A stretch of 54,924 bases of DNA from a virus (taxonomy: Duplodnaviria; Caudoviricetes): positions 1 to 54,924 of IMG/VR virus record IMGVR_UViG_3300026484_000313. One strand, 5' to 3'. Below, one piece after another: positions 47,284-54,924 of the stretch (the first letter of the stretch is position 1; every line of letters starts with the position of its first letter). A program made the translations under genes and the position numbers. The notes under the pieces were generated by a model, which was not told the origin of the DNA, made no database searches, and was given only the letters and a program-made list of their open reading frames with translations.

Positions 47284-47292
47284 GAGGGCAAA

Positions 47293-47928
47293 ATGATTAA
47301 AGGTGCTGTAGATGGGATTGCTAGTTCTAACCATACTCACTCTCCTTTAGACATAACTCCACAAGGGAAGAGCTCTGGATTAGACGCAGATAAAGTTGAT
47401 GGATATGATGTTGATGATGCTTTAGACACTGGAGTATTATGGACTGCAGATAAAATAAAAGATGAACTTTCTAACAAAATGAATATATCTACTTATGATA
47501 CTGATAATGATGGAGTTGTAGAAAAAGCAGATTTTGCATCTACATCTGGAAACGCGGATACATTAGATGGAATGCACGCCTCAGATTTACTAGATAAAAA
47601 TACATATGATACTAATAATGATGGAAAAATTGATTTTGATGCTCTTTCCAATGATGGACTGATAAAAATAAATTCTGACTATACTTTAACTGAAAATGAT
47701 TTTTGTGTATTAGTTGATGCTTCCACATCTGAAATAACTATAACTTTACCTAAATCTGCATTAATAGGAAAACAATTTGTTATTAAAAAAATTGACAATT
47801 CTTCAAATGCAGTAAATATAGTTATAGACAGTAATACATATATAGATGGTAGTTTGTCCTGCACTTTAAATAATCAATACGATTTTATAAGAGTGATTTA
47901 TGATGGAAATAATTATTATAAGATTTAA
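47293..47928 (+). CDS. Tail-fibre-related protein with Dx[DN]xDG repeats
   Basis: HTH, SGLDADKVDG, YDTDNDG, NADTLDG, YDTNNDG; ITITLP..G...IKKID C-domain. Confidence 0.7.
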   Translation: MIKGAVDGIASSNHTHSPLDITPQGKSSGLDADKVDGYDVDDALDTGVLWTADKIKDELSNKMNISTYDTDNDGVVEKADFASTSGNADTLDGMHASDLLDKNTYDTNNDGKIDFDALSNDGLIKINSDYTLTENDFCVLVDASTSEITITLPKSALIGKQFVIKKIDNSSNAVNIVIDSNTYIDGSLSCTLNNQYDFIRVIYDGNNYYKI

Positions 47929-47936
47929 GGGTAAAA

Positions 47937-48185
47937 ATGTTGAATTTTAAGACACTAATTAGTGATGATGGAAGAAATGTATCTATAGGAAGAACATTGA
48001 CTTGGCTTTTTACTTTTGCAATATTATATATGTATATTAAATCAGGAAACGATGTTCCTTCCAATATCGTATTTATTTATGTTTCTTTACTTTCCTATAA
48101 TTTATTTAAAAAACCTCTTCCCATTTTAGAGAAATATGTTGAGCAAAAATCAAAAGGAGTTAGTAATGTGGATAATAATAAGTAA
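47937..48185 (+). CDS. Putative holin
   Basis: 82 aa, two TM segments, SIGR motif, head of lysis cluster. Confidence 0.6.
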   Translation: MLNFKTLISDDGRNVSIGRTLTWLFTFAILYMYIKSGNDVPSNIVFIYVSLLSYNLFKKPLPILEKYVEQKSKGVSNVDNNK

Positions 48186-48540
48186 TATTTTAAAATTCAA
48201 AAATCTATATTTGTATATAACAATTTTTTTAACCATTCTTGGAGTTATATATTTTTATAAGTTTAAATTAAATTATTTAGAACAAAATTACAAAAACTTA
48301 GAGCATAAATATGAAATTTTGTATAATAATTATAAAGTTTTAAAACAAAGAAGCGAGGAATTAAATCAGAAGTTATTAATATTTAAAGAACAACAAAAGA
48401 AAATTGATGCAATCATGCAGAAATCTAAACAACAACAAGAGGAAGTTAAAAAAATTATTCCAAGAAATAAAGCTAGGATTTCCTATGATGAGCAAAAGAA
48501 AGTTATTAATTATCTTAATTCTATTTTCAATGATAATTAA
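48166..48540 (+). CDS. i-spanin (Rz-like)
   Basis: N-terminal TM then coiled coil; RBS AAGGAG; overlaps lipoprotein gene. Confidence 0.72.
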   Translation: MWIIISNILKFKNLYLYITIFLTILGVIYFYKFKLNYLEQNYKNLEHKYEILYNNYKVLKQRSEELNQKLLIFKEQQKKIDAIMQKSKQQQEEVKKIIPRNKARISYDEQKKVINYLNSIFNDN

Positions 48541-48820
48541 TTCTTGCTTTTATCAGCCTACAGTAAAAGAGAAGGTAATTTATATAACTCCTTCTTATTG
48601 TGTTAAACCACCAAAACCAAAGTTCAAAAAACTTGATCCAAATTTAGGTTTAACAAGTTCAAAAAATTTAAGTATTTTAATTAACAATATTATAGAGTTA
48701 AAAACTTACTCTGAATTATTAGAAAACACAATTGAGTGCTATGAAAAACAAATTAAAAAATTTAAGGAGTTGCAAAATGATACTAACAAGCAAAACAGAA
48801 TTAGAAAAATGGATAAATGA
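48485..48820 (+). CDS. o-spanin (Rz1-like lipoprotein)
   Basis: MSKRK + hydrophobic stretch + INSC lipobox; Pro-rich CVKPPKP; late Cys. Confidence 0.75.
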   Translation: MMSKRKLLIILILFSMIINSCFYQPTVKEKVIYITPSYCVKPPKPKFKKLDPNLGLTSSKNLSILINNIIELKTYSELLENTIECYEKQIKKFKELQNDTNKQNRIRKMDK

Positions 48821-49181
48821 TTATGGAATACAATATTTTAAAGCAAGTGAGTTTATTTGTCCTTGTTGTGGCAAGGTTAAAATAGATACAGAATTAATTT
48901 TAAAATTAGAAGATTTGAGACATTTGTATAAAAAACCTATAAAAATTACTTCTGCATATCGTTGTCCTAAACATAATAAAGAGGTTGGCGGCAAACCCAA
49001 TTCAGAACATTTATTAGGAAAAGCTGTTGATATTTATATTGATAATTCAAAAGACAGATATAAAATAATTGAGCTAATATTTTCCTATAATATAGGATTT
49101 AGAAGAATAGGTATTGCTAAAAATTTTATACATTTAGGTATTTCAAGTAATCACCCGCAAGATGTTTTGTGGTTATACTAA
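48777..49181 (+). CDS. Endolysin, peptidase M15A family
   Basis: FKASEFICPCCG, ITSAYRCPKHN, SEHLLGKAVDI, FIH. Confidence 0.9.
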   Translation: MILTSKTELEKWINDYGIQYFKASEFICPCCGKVKIDTELILKLEDLRHLYKKPIKITSAYRCPKHNKEVGGKPNSEHLLGKAVDIYIDNSKDRYKIIELIFSYNIGFRRIGIAKNFIHLGISSNHPQDVLWLY

Positions 49182-49198
49182 ATTTGAGGTTATATTAA

Positions 49199-49516
49199 AT
49201 GCCTTTAGATGAGATAATTGTAAAAGTAGTAGATAAACACCCATATCTTTCTATAATCTACTTTTTTGTATTTGGAACAGGTTTAGTATTTGGGATCTTT
49301 TGGACAGGGAAATTCTCTATTAAAATTTTTGAATTATTAACAAAAAATAGTAATGGAAAAGCTAAAGGAGAAGATGAAACTAAAAAGAAGTTGGAAGAAA
49401 TTTATTTCTTAATAAAAGAAGCAGAAAAGAGAGGCATTGCAACCTCTGAAACTTTAAGAAGAATTGAAATAGATTTAAAAATAATTCTTGAAAAATTAAG
49501 GGGTAAAGGCTTATGA
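49199..49516 (+). CDS. Membrane protein with coiled coil (possible second holin/antiholin)
   Basis: One TM helix then charged coiled coil. Confidence 0.5.
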   Translation: MPLDEIIVKVVDKHPYLSIIYFFVFGTGLVFGIFWTGKFSIKIFELLTKNSNGKAKGEDETKKKLEEIYFLIKEAEKRGIATSETLRRIEIDLKIILEKLRGKGL

Positions 49517-50274
49517 TTGGTTGTAATTCAAAATGTTCTTCTGATTGTTTTGTAGATAAAATAACAGCACATTTAAAATCATACCCAACGGAATTATTTA
49601 ATATTATAGACTCTAATAAGATACTGAAGGTATCTGAAATTACAGTCAGAGCAAGTCAAGTAGAAGAACAAATTAATCAGTTGTTGTATTCTATTTTAAT
49701 TGAAATGAAATATAGTTCAACAAAATTCTCCATTGAAGCATTTAGTATTATTGATGAAAACTTTTCTTTATGGCAATTGTGGTTTAAAGAAATTACTTTG
49801 TTTCATAAAAATTTAATATGTAAGAATATTAAGTGTCAGTTTTATCCTGATGTTCTAATATCTTTAGCTATAGAAATTAAAAATACATATACAAAAAGAT
49901 TAGAACAATTTAAATTAGGGCAATTGTTTTTAAAAGCACATGAACAAGTATTTCAAGAGTTTTGTCAAAATTTACGCAAGTTTTCTTTAAACAATGCAAT
50001 TGAGGAAAATATATTTGAAATAGGAAGATATTTACTTATCAATTTAGAGACATCTATTGCAGAAGTCTTATCAATAGACTCATTTGAACGAGGAGAAAAT
50101 ATTATATATATCCTTCCCAGAGTTGTTAGATTAAAATTAAATTACATAAAACTTATTTGGAATTTATACAAAAAACCGTTTAAATTAAAATTCTTCACTT
50201 TTGATGCTATAATTGAAGAAAAGGTAATGAAATTAATTCAACAAGCTAATTTAGAAGATTTTTTAATAAATTAG
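49513..50274 (+). CDS. Hypothetical protein
   Basis: 253-aa ORF coupled to upstream gene; no recognisable motif. Confidence 0.6.
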   Translation: MIGCNSKCSSDCFVDKITAHLKSYPTELFNIIDSNKILKVSEITVRASQVEEQINQLLYSILIEMKYSSTKFSIEAFSIIDENFSLWQLWFKEITLFHKNLICKNIKCQFYPDVLISLAIEIKNTYTKRLEQFKLGQLFLKAHEQVFQEFCQNLRKFSLNNAIEENIFEIGRYLLINLETSIAEVLSIDSFERGENIIYILPRVVRLKLNYIKLIWNLYKKPFKLKFFTFDAIIEEKVMKLIQQANLEDFLIN

Positions 50275-50289
50275 ATGTAGAGGTTGAGA

Positions 50290-50808
50290 ATGGCAAAACT
50301 TTATTTTTTAGCTAGCAAAGGTATATCTTTAACATCAAGAATTATAAGATGGTGGCAATTTGGATTTCCTTATACTCATATAGCTATAGTTTTAGATTTA
50401 CAAAATAAATGCAATCCTTTAGTTGCTGAAATGTGGTGGGACGGATTAAGAATAGGATACTTTTATAAAACACATACTTTAGGAACCCATTTTGCAGTTT
50501 ATTCTGTAAATGTTGATGATAAAAAATACAACAAATTTAATGAAGAACTTAAGAAAATAATTGATAAAAATCCAAAATATGATTGGCTAGGTATTTTAGG
50601 ATTTCCATTAAGAAGCAAGGATATTGAAAATTCAAATAGATTTTTTTGCAGTGAATTAGCATTTTATTTATGTCAAAAATCTGATATTAATCTTCTTATT
50701 AATACATATCCTTCTGAAGTTTCTCCAAGATTGTTTTTAAAATCTCCATTATTGCAATTTGAATATTATTATAATGGCAAGAAAATTTTAAATTCAGAGC
50801 CTAAATGA
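50290..50808 (+). CDS. Permuted papain-like NlpC/P60 enzyme (YiiX/YaeF-like)
   Basis: YTHIAI (His first), YDW, FFCSEL (Cys late), SP. Confidence 0.85.
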   Translation: MAKLYFLASKGISLTSRIIRWWQFGFPYTHIAIVLDLQNKCNPLVAEMWWDGLRIGYFYKTHTLGTHFAVYSVNVDDKKYNKFNEELKKIIDKNPKYDWLGILGFPLRSKDIENSNRFFCSELAFYLCQKSDINLLINTYPSEVSPRLFLKSPLLQFEYYYNGKKILNSEPK

Positions 50809-50829
50809 CAAAACTTGGGGAGGAACATA

Positions 50830-53800
50830 ATGAAAGCTTCTAAAGGTGAATGGATAAATCTTCTTGAAGCTAAAACAGAAACAAAACCAGCCTTTATTAT
50901 ACAATTAGACAATCCTAATTCTCAATCTTATAATGATATACAAGTTTGTTTAAATATAACAAATGACTCAAAATTTGATTATTTCTGGACTAATATATTA
51001 GATACTAATTGTTCAAATGTAAAATTTGTAGATCCTAATACTGGCAAGGAGCTTCCTTATTGGATTGAGGAGATAGATACAGCAAACAGAAAAGCAAAAA
51101 TCTGGATAAAACACCCTAAGATATTAAGTGGCAATAATAATTATGTATATTTATATTTTTTCAAAGATAAAGTTAATTCTCCTGATGGAAATGCTGTATT
51201 TGAATTTTTTGATGATTTTGATGGAGCAAGTTTAGATACAAGTAAATGGCAACTTAGTGGACATGTTTCTACTTATGTAAGAAATTCAATTTTAACAATA
51301 CATCATATAGGATATAGAGGTTGGGATACTTATATATATACAAAAAATGAAGTTAGATTAGATAATACAATTACTAAAATAAAATTTAGACAAATAAACA
51401 CATATATAAGAGTTCCAGATTTTAGAACATTAAAAGGATATGGTGGTTGGGTTGGTTGGAGCGATGGTTATGAACATCACAGGGTTTATTTTGACGGTAG
51501 TTATAAAGAAGGAAGTCAATATATAGGAGGCTCTACTAATTGGGAATATTTTGAGTTTATTACATTGAATAATAAAACTATAACAAAATTTAGAAATGAA
51601 ACTTTAACTAAAACAGGTTCGTATCATGATAAAATATTTGATAAACTCAAGATAGGAGATGGAGACGATTATGGAACTGATAATGATGCATTACAAGTAG
51701 ATTGGATTTATGTTGCAAAATATTTTAAAAACGAAATAAAAATTTATGATGCATATGTAAAAGATATAAATATTACAGCACCTCAAATACAAGTTATAGA
51801 CACAACTCAAACACTAGATATATTTAAGGACGGCTCTTGTATAGCTTGTTATACCTTTGACGGCAATGCAAATGACTTATCCGGTAAGTATAATGGAATT
51901 TGGCATAGTAATGAGCAATATGATACAGGGAAGTTTGGAAAAGCAAGTAAATTCATTGAGAAAGATTATTCTCAATATATTGAAATCCCTGTTAAAATTT
52001 TGAATGAACTTAAAAATTCAGAATTCTCAATTTCTGTTTGGATAAAACCAGCGACAAGTATGACACAAACTCGTTCATATAAAAGTGGAACAATAATTCA
52101 ATTTGCACAATGCGGAAGTTGTGGTTGTTGTGGAAATAGTATAATTTTATTAAATGAATATCCTCCATATGGACTTGGAGTAAATGTCGCCGACTCTCCT
52201 TGTGGAAAAGGAATTAGATGGAGTATGGATAAAATTATAGAGGCAAATAAATGGTATCATATAGTTTTAACCTCTGAAGCTATTTATTTAAATGGAAAAA
52301 AGCTAGGAAGTTGGGATAAAAAATTATTTGGAGATAGACTGGATAGAGTAAGAATAGGAAATTGGTATTGCACTTGTTCTTCAAGCAACTCTTGTCATAC
52401 TCAAAAATATTCAGGATTAATAGATCAAGTCCGTATTTTCAACCGTGCTTTAACAGAAGAAGAAATACAAATACTTTATAATGAAAAAATTGAAAAAACT
52501 ATTAGTGTGTTTGTTCCTTATATAAAAGATAAGATTATATTTACATATCCTATGAATTCTGATGACATCAATAGATTAAGCCCTTATAAAAATCTCGTGT
52601 TATCAGACTCAAATGGGCAATCTTACAACATTGTTTCACAAATAATTGAAAATAATGAAAAAATATCTAAGTGGAGTATTAATGAAATTGACTCCAATTT
52701 TGAACCTATAAATGCTTTTTGTATTAAAGATGCTTCACTGTGGGTGTCAGATGTTATAACATCAGATTTTGAAGCTACTGAATGTCAATTAACTTTAACT
52801 GAGAAACTAAAAGAAATTAATATACTCAAATCTAGTGATTTTTCTTCCAATCAAGTTATAGACACAACTCAAACACTAGATATATTTGGTGATGGAAGTT
52901 GCATAGCTTGTTATACCTTTGATGGCAATGCAAACGATTTATCCGGCAAGTATAATGGAACTTGGCACGGTAATGAACAATATGATACAGGTAAATTCGG
53001 TAAGGCTGCCAAGTTTGATGGTAGTAGTTATATCATTGTTTCCCCATCCCCAATTAAAAATTTAAAATCAGATTTTTCTATAACTTTTTGGTTTAAAACC
53101 CAAAATACTTCTTCAGGATTGCATAGAATTTTTAGTCTTACTAATAGAAGTTCTTATGCTGATGAAAGGTTATATTCTATTTATTTAGATGGAGAGCAAT
53201 TAAAATATTGGTTTGAAAGTGATAGTGATTATGATCATATAACAACTATATTAGAAAAAGTTAATTTAAATCAATGGTATTTTGTAGTTCTTTCAAAGCA
53301 AGGAAATATAGCAAATATTAAAGTTTTTGATACATCTAAGTTATTGAATAATATTAATGTAGATACAAGTGATGTTTATTCTAGAGGTGTTGATGAACTT
53401 AGTTTTGGAACTTTATATGTAAATGATTATAAAAGATATGATGAATTTTATACAGGATTAATAGATCAAGTTCGTATATTTAGTCGTCCATTAACAGAAG
53501 AAGAAATACAAAAAATATATAATGAACAAGTCTTAAGTAAAAAACCTTCTCTCTCTACACTTTACAAAACAACAAATACAGTTTTAGCTACAACTGATGA
53601 AATTAAAAAAGGAGAAGAAATAATCCTTTATAATAGAAAAGATGGTTTTAAAAGAGGTTGTATTAAAAATGTGAATGTAATTACTTTATCTGCTTCCGAA
53701 CCTCAAGACACAACCCAAACACTAGACATTTTTGGTGATAATTCTTGTATAGCTTGTTATCCTTTTGATGGCAATGCAAATGACTTATCCGGTAAGTATA

Positions 53801-54924
53801 ATGGAACTTGGCATGGTAATGAACAATATGATGTAGGTAGATTTGGTAAGGCTGCGAAATTTGACGGTAATAGTTATATAGAAATAGCTGGAGATATACA
53901 TCAATATTTTACAACTGGTAAAAGCTGGACAATTAGTTGTTGGTGTAGATGGAATAAGTTTAATTATTGGAGTAGGGTTTTAGATTTTAAAGCATATATT
54001 TTAATCACAAATGAAAGCACTTCAAATAATTTAGTAATAGAACATTTCCCAGATGGAAAAAACTATAATTGTATTAAATTGAATAATTTTCTTCAACTTG
54101 GAAAATTATATCATATCGTTATTTCCTATGATGCTAATAATGATAAATATTATTTATATATAAATAATAAATCAATGAATTTTTCTATATCTAGAAGTTC
54201 TACTTCTCCTAATTCTCCTATAAATGCATTTGGCAAATCTTCATGGTATCAAGACGCCCTATTTGAAGGATTAATAGATCAAGTTCGTATATTTAGTCGT
54301 CCATTAACAGAAGAAGAAATACAAATTCTTTATAATGAAAAAATTAAGTCAGAAGGTTCTTCAGAAGGAAAATACAACATATATTTGGGAGACATTTCTA
54401 ATTTTGGTTTAACATTACCTCCTTTGAAAGCATATAAAGCCCCTACAAGAGCTTATTTATTATTAGAAACTTCTTCTGACAGATGTATCTATGAAAATAT
54501 AGTTTTAGACTCAAATACAATTTTAAATTCAACTAGTTATTCATTTCAATTTGTAGATACAAAAAAAGATTTATTGAGAATTGGAGATAAACTTATTGTA
54601 AATGGGAAAGAAGTATATATTAAGGATTTAAAATACGATAATTCTACTTTTACATTTACAATTTATGTTCCTGATATAGGTGAAAAAATTAGAAATGTTA
54701 TAATTCCAGATAGATTTAATTTTCTTAAAGAAATTGAACATATTTCGTTCAATCCATATTACAAAGGTTGTTTAGATATTAGATATAAACCACTTAAGAA
54801 AAAAGGAAAATACGCAATGATAAGATTGGAGGGTGCAAAAAATAATGAGATAAAAGAAATTAATTTAGAGTTTAGAAACAAAGAAAAATATAAACTACCT
54901 GTCTATAAAAAAATTGATTTACAC
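50830..54924 (+). CDS. Large virion adhesin / tail fibre: DUF2341-like domain + three LamG (ConA-like) domains (3' end outside window; absent from ORF track)
   Basis: ATG 50830 after GGAGG and same frame open at the edge (>=1365 aa); LPYWIE..D...IWIK, FEFFDDF; 3x DIF.D.SCIACY.FDGNANDLSG...W...GLIDQVRIF.R.LTEEEI. Confidence 0.85.
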   Translation, partial: MKASKGEWINLLEAKTETKPAFIIQLDNPNSQSYNDIQVCLNITNDSKFDYFWTNILDTNCSNVKFVDPNTGKELPYWIEEIDTANRKAKIWIKHPKILSGNNNYVYLYFFKDKVNSPDGNAVFEFFDDFDGASLDTSKWQLSGHVSTYVRNSILTIHHIGYRGWDTYIYTKNEVRLDNTITKIKFRQINTYIRVPDFRTLKGYGGWVGWSDGYEHHRVYFDGSYKEGSQYIGGSTNWEYFEFITLNNKTITKFRNETLTKTGSYHDKIFDKLKIGDGDDYGTDNDALQVDWIYVAKYFKNEIKIYDAYVKDINITAPQIQVIDTTQTLDIFKDGSCIACYTFDGNANDLSGKYNGIWHSNEQYDTGKFGKASKFIEKDYSQYIEIPVKILNELKNSEFSISVWIKPATSMTQTRSYKSGTIIQFAQCGSCGCCGNSIILLNEYPPYGLGVNVADSPCGKGIRWSMDKIIEANKWYHIVLTSEAIYLNGKKLGSWDKKLFGDRLDRVRIGNWYCTCSSSNSCHTQKYSGLIDQVRIFNRALTEEEIQILYNEKIEKTISVFVPYIKDKIIFTYPMNSDDINRLSPYKNLVLSDSNGQSYNIVSQIIENNEKISKWSINEIDSNFEPINAFCIKDASLWVSDVITSDFEATECQLTLTEKLKEINILKSSDFSSNQVIDTTQTLDIFGDGSCIACYTFDGNANDLSGKYNGTWHGNEQYDTGKFGKAAKFDGSSYIIVSPSPIKNLKSDFSITFWFKTQNTSSGLHRIFSLTNRSSYADERLYSIYLDGEQLKYWFESDSDYDHITTILEKVNLNQWYFVVLSKQGNIANIKVFDTSKLLNNINVDTSDVYSRGVDELSFGTLYVNDYKRYDEFYTGLIDQVRIFSRPLTEEEIQKIYNEQVLSKKPSLSTLYKTTNTVLATTDEIKKGEEIILYNRKDGFKRGCIKNVNVITLSASEPQDTTQTLDIFGDNSCIACYPFDGNANDLSGKYNGTWHGNEQYDVGRFGKAAKFDGNSYIEIAGDIHQYFTTGKSWTISCWCRWNKFNYWSRVLDFKAYILITNESTSNNLVIEHFPDGKNYNCIKLNNFLQLGKLYHIVISYDANNDKYYLYINNKSMNFSISRSSTSPNSPINAFGKSSWYQDALFEGLIDQVRIFSRPLTEEEIQILYNEKIKSEGSSEGKYNIYLGDISNFGLTLPPLKAYKAPTRAYLLLETSSDRCIYENIVLDSNTILNSTSYSFQFVDTKKDLLRIGDKLIVNGKEVYIKDLKYDNSTFTFTIYVPDIGEKIRNVIIPDRFNFLKEIEHISFNPYYKGCLDIRYKPLKKKGKYAMIRLEGAKNNEIKEINLEFRNKEKYKLPVYKKIDLH
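51790..54345 (+). repeat. Three intragenic repeat units with conserved 5' blocks (~51799, 52861, 53707) and 3' blocks (~52414, 53455, 54268)
   Basis: Near-identical nucleotide flanks, including a 59-bp exact match (53454-53512 = 54267-54325), around divergent cores. Confidence 0.9.

Noticed and set aside
653-47864. Short ORFs in the track overlapping real genes (e.g. 653-868, 1244-1573, 4142-4423, 7642-8025, 17013-17288, 17301-17525, 25665-25853, 32408-32590, 39743-39943, 47679-47864)
   Set aside because: Antisense or out-of-frame shadows of well-supported genes, lacking RBS and motifs.
51790-54345. Diversity-generating retroelement (TR/VR) or invertase shufflon
   Set aside because: No reverse transcriptase or invertase in the window; repeats are direct and in-frame, and differences are not restricted to adenines.
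1-54924. Stop-codon reassignment, tRNA genes, integrase/att site
   Set aside because: Long genes are intact under the standard code, with TAA, TAG and TGA all used as stops; no cloverleaf or recombinase motif seen by eye.

Overview
A 54.9-kb, very AT-rich segment of a tailed dsDNA phage (Caudoviricetes; HK97-type head, siphovirus-like tail), with genes cut at both window edges. It has two divergent arms around a ~1-kb non-coding region (16124-17118). The left arm (minus strand) encodes nucleotide metabolism and replication: metallophosphoesterase, dUTPase, dNMP kinase, ThyX, a family A DNA polymerase split into two genes (UDG-like + 3'-5' exonuclease; polymerase domain with a 143-aa mini-intein), DnaB-like helicase, TOPRIM primase, Cas4-like nuclease, UvsW-like helicase, gp32-like SSB, RecA/UvsX, a ParB-like protein and two paralogous unknown proteins. 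The right arm (plus strand) encodes a 120-aa leader gene, an 887-aa AEP/PrimPol-like protein, an HTH protein, class I RNR, SbcCD/Mre11-Rad50, terminase, head, tail and lysis genes, and a >1365-aa DUF2341/triple-LamG adhesin. The spanin pair implies a diderm host. The most interesting candidate is a plasmid-like replication-control module at the strand switch. It combines three ~90-bp structured direct repeats, a leader gene coupled to the AEP protein, and a GC-rich hairpin with an antisense sigma70 promoter over the AEP start (putative countertranscript RNA). The AEP N-terminus also carries a copy of the SSB C-terminal tail motif (ISLDDIA). No integrase, tRNA, CRISPR array or reverse transcriptase was seen. 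All calls come from reading motifs by eye; no searches were run.
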